From an uncultured Candidatus Saccharibacteria bacterium (GTDB lineage: Bacteria; Patescibacteriota; Saccharimonadia; Saccharimonadales; Saccharimonadaceae), in NCBI GenBank assembly GCA_964570845.1, contig CAZMZB010000001.1, positions 143,473 to 207,472 on the forward strand: a stretch of DNA of 64,000 nucleotides, given 5' to 3'. The position numbers and the translations under genes are program-made. Within the stretch, counting starts at the first letter, position 1; each line of letters begins with the position of its first letter. Below are positions 43,971 to 53,509 of the stretch, piece after piece. Under the pieces are notes generated by a model. It was not told where the DNA came from and searched no databases. It saw only the letters and a program-made list of their open reading frames with translations.

Positions 43971-44996
43971 TTAACTTTCTTGTTCGGCTACTTTCGCTCG
44001 AATTTTTTTATCAACTTCTGCTAAGACTTTTGGATTTTCTTTGAAATATGCTTTTGTTTTGTCGCGGCCTTGACCGATTGTTTCGCCGTTATATTTATAG
44101 AATGCTCCAGACTTATCAATAATTCCATATTTCTCAGCTAGATCAATGGTATCACCAGTTTTTGAAATTCCCTCGTTATACATAATATCAAATTCAGCAA
44201 TTCTAAATGGTGGTGCAATTTTATTCTTCACTACCTTCACTTTTGTTCTGTTACCCTTTACTTCTTCACCAACTTTAATTTGTCCAATGCGACGAATATC
44301 AAGACGAACTGAAGAATAAAATTTGAGCGCATTTCCCCCAGCAGTCGTCTCAGGATTACCAAACATCACACCAATCTTCATGCGAATTTGGTTAATGAAA
44401 ATCACTGTTGCTTTTGATTTATTAATAATTCCTGTCAATTTTCGAAGCGCCTGACTCATAAGTCGTGCCTGTAAGCCAACATGCGTATCACCCATTTCGC
44501 CTTCAATTTCTGCTTGCGGAACAAGTGCCGCAACAGAGTCGATTACCACAAGGTCAACCGCATTTGAACGAACAAGTGTTTCTGCAATTTCAAGCGCCTG
44601 CTCGCCATTATCTGGTTGACTCACCAATAGGTTATCAGTGTCTACACCAAGCTTCTTTGCATATGCCGGGTCAAGCGCGTGTTCCGCGTCAATAAATGCC
44701 GCTGTACCGCCTTGCTTTTGCACTTCAGCAATTGCATGCAAAGTCAGTGTCGTTTTTCCTGAGCTCTCAGGACCATAGACTTCAATCACACGTCCTTTTG
44801 GATAGCCCCCACCAAGTGCAATGTCTAATCCCAATGTCCCAGACGGAATGAGCTCAACATCGGCTTTGTGATTTTCACCAAGCTTCATAATTGAACCATC
44901 TCCAAATTGCTTAGTAATTTGATCGACTGCTAGCCCGAGTGCTTTTAATTTTCCATCGTCTGTTTTTGCAGCTGTAGCTTTCTTCTTTTCTGCCAT
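43971..44996 (-). CDS. recA: Recombinase RecA
   Basis: 341 aa; [13 protein letters not shown] Walker [12 protein letters not shown]1/L2 loop region. Unmistakable RecA. Confidence 0.97.
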   Translation of the reverse strand: MAEKKKATAAKTDDGKLKALGLAVDQITKQFGDGSIMKLGENHKADVELIPSGTLGLDIALGGGYPKGRVIEVYGPESSGKTTLTLHAIAEVQKQGGTAAFIDAEHALDPAYAKKLGVDTDNLLVSQPDNGEQALEIAETLVRSNAVDLVVIDSVAALVPQAEIEGEMGDTHVGLQARLMSQALRKLTGIINKSKATVIFINQIRMKIGVMFGNPETTAGGNALKFYSSVRLDIRRIGQIKVGEEVKGNRTKVKVVKNKIAPPFRIAEFDIMYNEGISKTGDTIDLAEKYGIIDKSGAFYKYNGETIGQGRDKTKAYFKENPKVLAEVDKKIRAKVAEQES

Positions 44997-45059
44997 TTCT
45001 ACCCTCTCCTAAATCATTTAATCCTAACTATATTATACGTGATTTGTTACAATACTTAC

Positions 45060-45455
45060 ATGCTAAGAACTCGTGGATTTACAGTTATCGAACTTATCGT
45101 ACTCATTATCTTACTATTTGCTATTGGGTTGGTCGTATTTATTCAAGTGCAAGATATTCGTGCATCTGAACGTGACAATCAACGAAAGTCTGATATTAAC
45201 GCCATCTACTATGGGCTTGAAGAAGTTTTTTATGAAAAAAACAATTATTACCCAGAAAGAATTAGCGCGAAAGTATTACCTTACGTAAGCCCTGAATCTT
45301 TCAAAGACCCGAATGGCTATGAAATTAATAATCGAAAATCTGATTATCGCTATAATCCAAGTGGTTGTGTTGGAGGAAAGTGCGAAGGCTACTCGCTACG
45401 TTCAGTGCTACAAAAAGAAGCGGATTTTGTTAAAACTGAAAAATCTAATCCTTAG
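45060..45455 (+). CDS. Type IV pilin-like protein (orphan)
   Basis: MLRTRG/FTVIELIVLIILLFAIGLVVF prepilin N-terminus. Two Cys near the C-terminus. Divergent from recA. Confidence 0.8.
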   Translation: MLRTRGFTVIELIVLIILLFAIGLVVFIQVQDIRASERDNQRKSDINAIYYGLEEVFYEKNNYYPERISAKVLPYVSPESFKDPNGYEINNRKSDYRYNPSGCVGGKCEGYSLRSVLQKEADFVKTEKSNP

Positions 45456-46182
45456 TGAATGACCTGCCACCTTTAAATGCTTCGACTGCATTATTGAGTG
45501 TTGCAATTTCTCTCTTTGGATCTGCGACAAAGGAAAATTGATACGTTGTTTCATCTCCTTCTGTTGAAAGGCGAATAGAACCATAGCCGAAGAGATGTGC
45601 CAAGATACCATCTTGACGAAAACTAGCATCCTCAACATCAGCTAAGCTGACAGTTTGCTCGTGTTTAGAGAGTGGAGTGAATTGCAATTCTTGGATAACA
45701 CTTTCGTTTGTGAGAAAAAACTTATTATTTCTATATACCCACACCGCAACATAGGCAACAAGAGTGCAAAGCACAACAAAGACAGTCGCAAATAATAATG
45801 TCTCTCCGTAACTTGGCATCCTTACTGCTTCAGAAAGAGCAGAATAGTTAAGCAATCCAAAGAAAGTAATGATGATAAGCAGGGCTGCACCTACAATAGG
45901 TAGTATCATACCTATTGGATGTCTTCTCACAGCACTGACAACATATTCCCCTTCACTCAAATTTAATTGCGGGTATTTCCTTACAGACTCTTCGTGTTTT
46001 TTCTTTAGCTCGGGACTTATTTCAGGCTTTTGCGGCTCAACTGAACGCTCAATATGAACGACTTGTGGTGCCTTTTCTTGTTGCGGTAGAGTCTGGGGAG
46101 GATGAGCATAAAGAGGATTACCATTGGCGTCATAAGCAACTGGCTGATTATAATCTTGCTGCTTTGTTTCCTTGTTGCTCAT
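45445..46182 (-). CDS. Membrane protein with bacterial PH (YdbS/YdbT-like) domain
   Basis: Pro/Gln-rich N-terminus, two TM helices flanked by the EGEYVVSAVRRHPIG motif. Start moved to ATG 46182 to clear the ruvB stop. Confidence 0.65.
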   Translation of the reverse strand: MSNKETKQQDYNQPVAYDANGNPLYAHPPQTLPQQEKAPQVVHIERSVEPQKPEISPELKKKHEESVRKYPQLNLSEGEYVVSAVRRHPIGMILPIVGAALLIIITFFGLLNYSALSEAVRMPSYGETLLFATVFVVLCTLVAYVAVWVYRNNKFFLTNESVIQELQFTPLSKHEQTVSLADVEDASFRQDGILAHLFGYGSIRLSTEGDETTYQFSFVADPKREIATLNNAVEAFKGGRSFTKD

Positions 46183-46189
46183 ATTTTTA

Positions 46190-47230
46190 TTATAGCAAGC
46201 TCTGCTGGTCAGTATCTTTTTTCCTTGGTGGATTTTTGCCAATGTGTTTATAAGCTTTTGGCGTTACTTTTCTTCCACGTGGCGTTCGCTCCAAGAAGCC
46301 AATCTGCAAAAGATATGGCTCAAAAAAATCTTCGATAGTGGAGCGTTCATCGCCAGTGATTGCTGCAAGCGTTTCAACTCCAACTGGTCCGCCAGTATGA
46401 TTTTCTATGATTGTCTTGATCAATCGCCTATCAGCTGGGTCAAGACCTGCTGTATCAATCTCAAGCAGATCCAATGCGCCATGAGCAATACTCGTATCAA
46501 TGATGCCATCACCGTTGATATCTGCATAATCTCTTACTCTTTTTAACAAACGGTTGGCAATTCGTGGTGTTAAACGAGCTCTATTTGCAATTGTACTTGC
46601 TGCTTCTTCGTGCACTTTCACATTTAAGATATCGGCTGAACGATGAATAATTTGTTTTATTTCGTCCTCATTATAGAATTCAAGCCGATGCATAATGCCA
46701 AATCGATCACGTAGTGGTGCCGCCAATGCACCGGTTCGTGTGGTAGCACCAATAATAGTAAATTGCGGAAGATCAAGTCGAAGACTTTTTGCACTCGGAC
46801 CCTTACCCAAAATAATATCAAGCTTGAAATCTTCCATTGCGGAATAAAGCACTTCTTCAACGCTTCGACTTAAGCGATGGATTTCATCAATGAACAAGAT
46901 ATCACCATCTTGCAAATTAGTAAGAAGACTCGCAAGATCAGCTGCACGTCCAACGGCAGGTCCGCTGGTTACTCTAATTTGCGCACCCATCTCATTAGCA
47001 ATTACAGTTGCCATAGTAGTTTTTCCAAGTCCTGGTGGACCATAGAGTAATACATGGTCAACTGGTTCACCACGTTTTTTCGCAGCATCAATTGCTAGTT
47101 TTAAATTCTTCTTTAATCGCTCCTGACCAATATAGTTCTTAAAGTCTTTCGGGCGCAGCGTATTCTCAAACTGCTCTTCAGCCTGATCATCGTCATTTTT
47201 ACTAGTATCGATAATTCGCTCAATTGCCAT
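46190..47230 (-). CDS. ruvB: Holliday junction helicase RuvB
   Basis: 346 aa; [12 protein letters not shown] Walker [11 protein letters not shown] Walker B, sensor and winged-helix C-terminus. Confidence 0.95.
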   Translation of the reverse strand: MAIERIIDTSKNDDDQAEEQFENTLRPKDFKNYIGQERLKKNLKLAIDAAKKRGEPVDHVLLYGPPGLGKTTMATVIANEMGAQIRVTSGPAVGRAADLASLLTNLQDGDILFIDEIHRLSRSVEEVLYSAMEDFKLDIILGKGPSAKSLRLDLPQFTIIGATTRTGALAAPLRDRFGIMHRLEFYNEDEIKQIIHRSADILNVKVHEEAASTIANRARLTPRIANRLLKRVRDYADINGDGIIDTSIAHGALDLLEIDTAGLDPADRRLIKTIIENHTGGPVGVETLAAITGDERSTIEDFFEPYLLQIGFLERTPRGRKVTPKAYKHIGKNPPRKKDTDQQSLL

Positions 47231-47232
47231 TT

Positions 47233-47811
47233 CTATTTACCTTTTTTCAGTGCCTTTTTAATTCGTTCTTCAGTGCTGATTTTCTTATCAATCGAACTTA
47301 GAGCATCGTGTGCATCCAATTCTGTATAGCCCAATGAAACGAGTGCCTGCAGAGCTTCGTCATCTGGGTCAACTCCTGCACGATGAACTAGATTTTCTGC
47401 TGCGTCACCAACAGTTGCACCGACTTTATCGCGCAGCTCAACTATAACCTGTTCAGCTGCTCGCTTACCAATTCCTTTTGCAAGCTGCAGATACTTTACA
47501 TCACCATTCGCGATTGCATTTCGTACTGCCTCATTTGTACCAATATCCAAAATTGCTATAGCTGCCTTTGGTCCTACATTTTTTACGCTCAACAACTGTT
47601 CAAAAAGCTGCTTTGAAGTAATATGCAAAAAACCATACAAATCGTGAGTATCTTCTTTGATATGCTCATAAATATATAACTTTGTTTCTTTGTTGGTTGA
47701 AATAACCTCCAAGTCAGAAAGTGGAACCGTTACGCCATACCCAACTCCAGCACATTCAATAACAATACTGTTTATCTTTTCAGTAACTTTACCCCGTAGC
47801 GTTGCAATCAT
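47233..47811 (-). CDS. ruvA: Holliday junction DNA-binding protein RuvA
   Basis: MIATLRGKV... OB domain and two HhH motifs ([27 protein letters not shown]). The track ORF N-terminal extension is discarded. Confidence 0.9.
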   Translation of the reverse strand: MIATLRGKVTEKINSIVIECAGVGYGVTVPLSDLEVISTNKETKLYIYEHIKEDTHDLYGFLHITSKQLFEQLLSVKNVGPKAAIAILDIGTNEAVRNAIANGDVKYLQLAKGIGKRAAEQVIVELRDKVGATVGDAAENLVHRAGVDPDDEALQALVSLGYTELDAHDALSSIDKKISTEERIKKALKKGK

Positions 47812-47872
47812 AGTAATATTATCGCACAATGAAGTGATTTTCGTCGAATGTATCAGTGATATACTTGTATTC

Positions 47873-48157
47873 ATGGAAATATTTGGGGTCATTGCTGGAA
47901 TTCTTGTTGTCTTTGCTTATGCGCCTCAAGCGATTAAAACTATTCGAACGCGCCAAACTCGCGACCTCTCGCTTTCAACATACCTTATGATTGTTGTAGC
48001 CTCTGCTTGCTGGGTTATGTATGGTGTCTATAAACACAGCATTGCACTTTGGCTTGCAAATAGTGTCGTTGGGATTCTTGCGCTAATAATCGTTATTATC
48101 AGATTCAAGAATGACTGGTCAATAGATGTAAAGCCTCATCGTAATCTGAAGCGATAA
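47873..48157 (+). CDS. PQ-loop / SemiSWEET-like 3-TM protein
   Basis: 94 aa from MEIFGVIAGILVVFAYAPQAIKTIRTRQTRDLS (PQ motif). The upstream 61 codons of the track ORF are antisense to ruvA. The 3' end overlaps the convergent HAD gene by 53 nt. Confidence 0.65.
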   Translation: MEIFGVIAGILVVFAYAPQAIKTIRTRQTRDLSLSTYLMIVVASACWVMYGVYKHSIALWLANSVVGILALIIVIIRFKNDWSIDVKPHRNLKR

Positions 48158-48773
48158 AAGTAGGGTTCGCTTCAGCAAGCTCACTGGGCGAATGTGAAGT
48201 TGCAATTGCTAACACAAAACACCCAGCTTCTAGAGCTGATTTGATGCCGCTCTTTGAATCCTCTATGACAATTGATTGTTCAGGTGCAGCTTTTGCTAAC
48301 TCTAAAACTTTTAAATAAGGCTCGGGGTGAGGTTTGCCGTTATCTATATCATCGCCAGTGATCACGTTATCAAATAAATCTCTTATCCCAAATGACTCAA
48401 TGATAAATTTTTGTACCCGTTGATTACTAGAAGTAACAAGATTCATTGTCTTATGTTGTTGCCTCGCCCAGCTTATAAAATTAAGTACGCCCTCAATTGG
48501 CGTCAGTTTCTCTTTGGCAATCTCTAGGAATATATCTGTCTTTTGAGAAATCAGTTTATCCGTAGAATGAATACCCGGATTGCCATATTCAGCGATTAAA
48601 TGACCGAATATATCTTCTGCCGTTCTTCCTTTAAATCCATCCCACTTACTCCTATTAATGGCAAATTTATTTTTCAAGCAAGTCTGTATTTCCGCCTCAA
48701 CATGAAACGGTTCAGTATCTGCAATCACGCCATCCATATCAAAATGAATGTGTTTCAGCTTACGTTTTATCAT
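48105..48773 (-). CDS. HAD-superfamily hydrolase (beta-phosphoglucomutase-like)
   Basis: 222 aa; motif I FDMDGVIADTE, motif II LVTSS, motif IV EDSKSG. Confidence 0.85.
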   Translation of the reverse strand: MIKRKLKHIHFDMDGVIADTEPFHVEAEIQTCLKNKFAINRSKWDGFKGRTAEDIFGHLIAEYGNPGIHSTDKLISQKTDIFLEIAKEKLTPIEGVLNFISWARQQHKTMNLVTSSNQRVQKFIIESFGIRDLFDNVITGDDIDNGKPHPEPYLKVLELAKAAPEQSIVIEDSKSGIKSALEAGCFVLAIATSHSPSELAEANPTFIASDYDEALHLLTSHS

Positions 48774-48780
48774 AAAAGTA

Positions 48781-49257
48781 TTATCTCATAGCTTGACTAT
48801 GCATAATAGCTACTGCCAGTGCATCTGCACAGTCGTCTGGTTTTGGAACTTCTTTTAGCCCCAATGAGATTTTCACCATCTCTTGTATTTGCTGTTTCGT
48901 CGCTCGACCATAGCCAGTTAAAGATTGTTTAATTTGCAGCGGTGTATATTCAGTAATTTTTAAATCTGCTTGTTTGCCTGCCAGCATTGCCACACCACGT
49001 GCATGCGCCACGCTCATTGCGGTTGTGACATTTTGTGCAAAAAACAGTTTTTCAATTGCCATCTCTTGCGGTTTAGTTTCTTTAATAATTTCTTCCAGTG
49101 ACTCATAAATTTCTTGCAAAGAATCTTCAAGTGGCTGCTTAGGCTTTGTGCGAATTACCCCGGCATCAACCAATTTTGTCTTGCCATGTACAACATCAAT
49201 CACCCCAAATCCTACAATACCTGTTCCTGGGTCAATGCCAATAATTCTCATATTCAA
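48781..49257 (-). CDS. ruvC: Holliday junction resolvase RuvC
   Basis: 158 aa; MRIIGIDPGTGIVGFGVI and a C-terminal DCADALAVAI acidic residue context. Confidence 0.9.
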   Translation of the reverse strand: MNMRIIGIDPGTGIVGFGVIDVVHGKTKLVDAGVIRTKPKQPLEDSLQEIYESLEEIIKETKPQEMAIEKLFFAQNVTTAMSVAHARGVAMLAGKQADLKITEYTPLQIKQSLTGYGRATKQQIQEMVKISLGLKEVPKPDDCADALAVAIMHSQAMR

Positions 49258-49258
49258 T

Positions 49259-49972
49259 TTACTCTTTTATATCAAAATTACTGTGTACGTTCACAACATC
49301 ATCAAGGTCATCAACTGCGTTCATCACCTTCATGATTTTTTGTGCAACCGTAGAATCAGTGATCTCAACTGTATTATTCGGCACATACGCAAGTTCAGCC
49401 TCTTTCACCTTTAAGCCAGCTTCTTCAATTGCCTTCTTCACTTTTGCTAATTCTTTTTGGTCCGTATAGACAATGGTCTCGCCTTCTTCTTCGACAGCAT
49501 CTTCCGCACCTGAATCAAGTATCGTAAGCAACGCGTCCTCGCCCGTCTCAGCAACACGAATTACGCCTTTTCGTGTAAACTGAAATGCCACGCTACCTTG
49601 CTCTGCCATTGTGCCACCATTTTTCGTGAGTGCTGTACGTACTTCCGGAAAGGTACGATTGCGGTTATCTGTCGCACACTCAATAATCAGACCGATACCA
49701 CCTGGACCATATGCTTCATATGTCACTTCTTCAACCGCAGCAGCATTCTTATCTTTTACCCTATCAATTGAACGTTGAATATTGGCATTGGGCATATTTG
49801 CAGCTTTTGCTCGCTCAATCACTATAGCAAGTGCTGGGTTCATATCAGGATCAGTGCCAGAACGTGCTGCAATCGCAATTTGATTACCTATTTTTGTAAA
49901 CAATGCGCCCCGCTTCGCGTCATTCGCACCTTTTTGTCTTTTAATTGTCGCCCACTTTGAGTGCCCAGCCAT
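49259..49972 (-). CDS. yebC: YebC/PmpR-family transcriptional regulator
   Basis: 237 aa; MAGHSKWATIKRQKG N-terminus diagnostic of the family. Confidence 0.9.
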   Translation of the reverse strand: MAGHSKWATIKRQKGANDAKRGALFTKIGNQIAIAARSGTDPDMNPALAIVIERAKAANMPNANIQRSIDRVKDKNAAAVEEVTYEAYGPGGIGLIIECATDNRNRTFPEVRTALTKNGGTMAEQGSVAFQFTRKGVIRVAETGEDALLTILDSGAEDAVEEEGETIVYTDQKELAKVKKAIEEAGLKVKEAELAYVPNNTVEITDSTVAQKIMKVMNAVDDLDDVVNVHSNFDIKE

Positions 49973-50034
49973 ACAGTCAGCCCCTTTTTTATACTTAGTT
50001 TTAGTTACCCTTCATTATAACAATTAATATTCTC

Positions 50035-51204
50035 TTAAGCATGTACGACAACACCCCTTCCGCGCTTCCCTTGATACTTTCCATCCTCATGTACAGCATC
50101 GTATCTATGCCCCCAAAAAGTCGGATCAAACGGTGTATACAGCTCATGTCCACCCTTGATAATGCCGTCACTGTGTATACCTGAGCGATGCCGATTAATA
50201 TCCCGACCAACGATAGGCGACTGACGACCAACCTCAAGACCTGCATAGTTCATTACTTTATTTGCTACTTCAACAGAAAGGCCAGGGTTAAATTCCCAAT
50301 ATATTGGCACCTCCATATCCGGACTGAATTTAAATAAGCCTGCCACCACTGGAAATACGTCAGCATTGCCAGCACGCTCACCAAGCCCGCAAATGGTTGT
50401 CTCACATTGTATGCGAATCGTTTTATTATGCCGACGTGCATATTCCGCTGCAGCATAAATCAGCATATTCGTATTAGCAACTGCCTGATTAAGATCGTTG
50501 TGATTATGGGCTGAAATAGTCGCTTCTGGATTTATCTGTGTAACCCAATTAATAACTCTGCTGTAGAATTGAAACATCCACTGCGGATCACGCTGCCCTA
50601 CAGTATCTGGCACATTTACTACATCTGCACCTTCTGCTAGTGCTTCTTTTATCACCAGTTCTAAATAATCTGTATTTGTAGTAGATGCCGCTTCTGCAGA
50701 AAATTCAACGGTTGCAGTTTGATGATCGGCGGATAATTTCTTAGCAAATCGTACCGCTTCTTTACCCATAGTCAAAATATTTTCAGGGGTTTTATCAGGA
50801 AATCGCCAACGCATATGCTCAGAATCCGTTGGAATAAATGTATGAATACGCGGCCTCCTTGCTTTATGTACGGCATCCCAAGTAATTTCAATGTCTTCTA
50901 ACGCAGCTCGTGCAAGTCCGGCAACTACAGGGCTGCGTTTTATATTTTCTACAATTCTTCCATTACGCCATTCAGTAACTTCATATTCAATTTGACCGAC
51001 TGTCCCAGCAACATCCCGCACCTCCTCTGCATCACTCAGGGTAGCTGGAAAGCCTGCCTCAATTACCCCAATTCCAAGTCGCGCAATATGGTGGGCAATC
51101 TCAGCTTTTTTGCCATCTGAAAATTGATTGCTCTCTGGTAATGATTGTGCACCATCTCTTTCAGTTGTATCAAAAACAGTTACTTCAACCAACGGTTCAC
51201 TCAT
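50035..51204 (-). CDS. DRE-TIM (HMGL-like) 2-isopropylmalate/homocitrate/citramalate synthase-family enzyme, catalytic domain only
   Basis: FDTTERDGAQS and SAHNHNDLNQAVANT (HxH metal motif). About 390 aa, so no LeuA-type C-terminal regulatory domain. ATG at 51204 follows GAGGAG. Confidence 0.85.
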   Translation of the reverse strand: MSEPLVEVTVFDTTERDGAQSLPESNQFSDGKKAEIAHHIARLGIGVIEAGFPATLSDAEEVRDVAGTVGQIEYEVTEWRNGRIVENIKRSPVVAGLARAALEDIEITWDAVHKARRPRIHTFIPTDSEHMRWRFPDKTPENILTMGKEAVRFAKKLSADHQTATVEFSAEAASTTNTDYLELVIKEALAEGADVVNVPDTVGQRDPQWMFQFYSRVINWVTQINPEATISAHNHNDLNQAVANTNMLIYAAAEYARRHNKTIRIQCETTICGLGERAGNADVFPVVAGLFKFSPDMEVPIYWEFNPGLSVEVANKVMNYAGLEVGRQSPIVGRDINRHRSGIHSDGIIKGGHELYTPFDPTFWGHRYDAVHEDGKYQGKRGRGVVVHA

Positions 51205-51224
51205 ATATATTCTCCTCAAAAATT

Positions 51225-51345
51225 ACATATTAAAATCAGGCTTCGTTGAAGCCTGATTTAATTCGATCCTGGCTGTGCGGAAAACGCGTTTAGCGCTCAG
51301 GCTCCAACCATGTGAAGCACAGCCGAGAAAGGCTGAGGAGAAGTC
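51225..51345 (-). promoter_or_regulatory. 5' leader with terminator/antiterminator architecture (unclassified attenuator or riboswitch candidate)
   Basis: Terminator AAAUCAGGCUUC-AACG-GAAGCCUGAUUU plus U-rich tail ends about 25 nt before the ATG. Upstream GGAGCCUGA can pair with the terminator 5' arm. An 8-bp helix GGCUGUGC/GCACAGCC and a competing CAGCC/GGCUG helix are also present. Confidence 0.5.
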
Positions 51346-51426
51346 CTAAACTATGTTTCCGATCTAATATCATATATGTCTCATTATAGCTTATAGTAAC
51401 TATTCCACAATATTATAGTGAAATAA

Positions 51427-51939
51427 TTACCAAGGACGATATTCTGTTTCTGTGCCAGTTATGATTTCTTGGCTACCGTAGGTAAAAGCATGTCTATTCC
51501 AAAAGGACACACTGTCGCTAGTAGCATTAGTCGATTGCGGGAATGGCTCATCATTCTCTTCATCAAAAACTCCGATCCACGCACTCGATAAAAGGTAGTC
51601 ATTATTTGTCTGGCGAACTAGATGCATTGCCACAGTAGAGCAAGCATCCCCTTTGCGGTTCTTCGCAAAAGGTACAAGACCATCATCTTCCCTATTTTTC
51701 CTAACTCCGTACACTAATCTGTCATTTTCATTCGTTTCAACAACATCACAGACACCAATTGTGCGACCCATATCCACATGAGTTTTTATCTCGTCACCTT
51801 CTAAACTCATTCGAGAAATGGCTTCTATGAGAAGCCTCTTTAATTGAGGAGTGTCATCGATATGAGTAGCAGCATGCGAATCCACGGGGTCATAGACGAC
51901 TCGTATTTCATTCTTGGATTTTGCAAGTAGCTCATTCAT
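51427..51939 (-). CDS. Hypothetical protein
   Basis: 170 aa soluble ORF, no motif I can name. Lies between the leader above and the accessory island. Confidence 0.6.
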   Translation of the reverse strand: MNELLAKSKNEIRVVYDPVDSHAATHIDDTPQLKRLLIEAISRMSLEGDEIKTHVDMGRTIGVCDVVETNENDRLVYGVRKNREDDGLVPFAKNRKGDACSTVAMHLVRQTNNDYLLSSAWIGVFDEENDEPFPQSTNATSDSVSFWNRHAFTYGSQEIITGTETEYRPW

Positions 51940-51950
51940 TATTTAATGAT

Positions 51951-51982
51951 AACAAAAAGAGCCGTTGTCTGCTCTTTTTGTT
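51951..51982. terminator. Bidirectional hairpin (A/T-flanked 12-bp stem)
   Basis: AACAAAAAGAGC - 8 nt - GCTCTTTTTGTT read directly. Confidence 0.55.
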
Positions 51983-52177
51983 ATACTTGCAAAAATTGCG
52001 ATTGTGGAGGTCCAGCAAGGAAAGAGTTTATATATTTTTATTGAGGAACTGATGAGGCTGAGAGAGCTACTGGATACTCAATATCAACAGCACAGATTGG
52101 AGAAACACTAGAAGGATAGTTTACTCCCTGTAGTATTTATAGTGCCTAGGAGGCTTATTCTAGAAACTAGCCATTAG

Positions 52178-52408
52178 CTATGTTGGGTCCTCTTTTGAAA
52201 GCTGCATGATTGAATCGATATTCTCTTTTATGATTTCATCAAAACCTAGCTTTGGATTCGCATAACTATATCTATCTATTATATTTATAGTTGTGTCGCT
52301 AGGCTTAACTCCATAATTTTTAAGTGCTTCACGTATTTCTTTTCGACGCTCAAATCTAACGCCTGCTTTCTTCTGGTGCTCTTCACGCCCCTCGTCCTTC
52401 TTGTTCAC
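52178..52408 (-). CDS. Small hypothetical protein downstream of the methyltransferase
   Basis: 76 aa, GTG start, no clear SD, charged N-terminus. No family recognised. Confidence 0.4.
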   Translation of the reverse strand: MNKKDEGREEHQKKAGVRFERRKEIREALKNYGVKPSDTTINIIDRYSYANPKLGFDEIIKENIDSIMQLSKEDPT

Positions 52409-52435
52409 ATCACTTATCGCTTAACTAGGTTAGAT

Positions 52436-53428
52436 TTATCCGAGTTCAAGTGTAGCATTCATACCTATAGGTTTAAATTCAACTACCCTATCTAATGGGG
52501 CAGGGTCCAAAGCTGGGTTTAAATACGACGATAACTGTAGTGCGACTGATCGAATTGCAGGCACTGCGACAGCATTACCAAACTGCTTATACGCTTGGTT
52601 ATCGCTGACTACAATCTTGAATGATTCTGGGAATCCCTGCAGGCGTGCTGCTTCTCGCGGAGTAAGTTTTCGAGGATTTTTACCTTTCTGCTCAATTAAG
52701 ATTTCCGAACCATCCTTATAGTAGCGGGCAGACATTGTACTAGTGTAGGGTGAATCTGCATTAAAGAGTGAGTACCCAAAACCATTCCCCTTAGCTTTAT
52801 GTTGCTCTTTTCTTCGTTGAGCTCCAGCCCAAAGTCGATCAGATATCGTATATTTATCATCGACGTTATCCTCGAGGATATCACCGACTTTAACTGGACT
52901 CATCGGAGGGTCTGCGAAGTCAAAGTCAATATCATCTCGTAATGCCACTATAAAAATCCTCTGTCTATTTTGAGGTACCCCAAAATCTTTAGCGTTATGA
53001 ACTTTATAGTGCACTGTATAACCTAGCTCTTCTCTTAAAACATTCAGTATAGTTTTAAAAGTATTACCTTTATCATGACCGACTAAGCCTTTGACATTTT
53101 CAAGAAACAAAACTTTAGGCCTATGTATTTCTGCTATTTTGGCAATATTAAAAAAGAGGTTTCCTCGCTCGTCTTCAAATCCCTTCTTTAGCCCAGCATG
53201 TGAAAATGGCTGGCATGGAAATCCTGCAAGTAATACATCAAAACTAGGGATGTTCTCGGGTTCAATCTTCGTAATATCACCGTGAGGCATTTCTCCAAAA
53301 TTTTCTGCATACGTTTGTTTAGCAAACTTATCCCATTCTGACGTAAAGACACATTTTCCGCCAATCTCTTCAAACGGAATTCTAATTCCCCCGATACCTG
53401 CAAATAAGTCTATGAACTTAAATGACAT
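52436..53428 (-). CDS. DNA (cytosine-5)-methyltransferase
   Basis: Motif I DLFAGIGG, IV GFPCQPFS, VI ENVKGL, VIII QNRQRIFIV, X GNAVAVP. ATG at 53428 follows GGAGGGGAG. Confidence 0.9.
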   Translation of the reverse strand: MSFKFIDLFAGIGGIRIPFEEIGGKCVFTSEWDKFAKQTYAENFGEMPHGDITKIEPENIPSFDVLLAGFPCQPFSHAGLKKGFEDERGNLFFNIAKIAEIHRPKVLFLENVKGLVGHDKGNTFKTILNVLREELGYTVHYKVHNAKDFGVPQNRQRIFIVALRDDIDFDFADPPMSPVKVGDILEDNVDDKYTISDRLWAGAQRRKEQHKAKGNGFGYSLFNADSPYTSTMSARYYKDGSEILIEQKGKNPRKLTPREAARLQGFPESFKIVVSDNQAYKQFGNAVAVPAIRSVALQLSSYLNPALDPAPLDRVVEFKPIGMNATLELG

Positions 53429-53509
53429 ACTCCCCTCCATTTTCGTTTTTATTAATCATAACCATTATAACACTATTGCCCCGGGGGTAAATAATATTAT
53501 CTAGTATAC

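Noticed and set aside
47690-47872. First 61 codons of the 155-aa plus-strand ORF
   Set aside because: They are antisense to the ruvA 5' region. The PQ-loop homology starts only at the internal ATG at 47873.
50001-50456. ORFs 50001-50246 and 50265-50456 on the minus strand
   Set aside because: They are alternate frames within, or overlapping, the synthase-family gene that carries the diagnostic motifs.
51225-51345. T-box leader or leucine-type leader-peptide attenuator upstream of the synthase-like gene
   Set aside because: There is no T-box consensus (AATTAGGGTGGTACCGCG-like), no specifier-loop architecture and no Leu/Ile/Val-rich leader peptide. It is kept only as an unclassified attenuator candidate.
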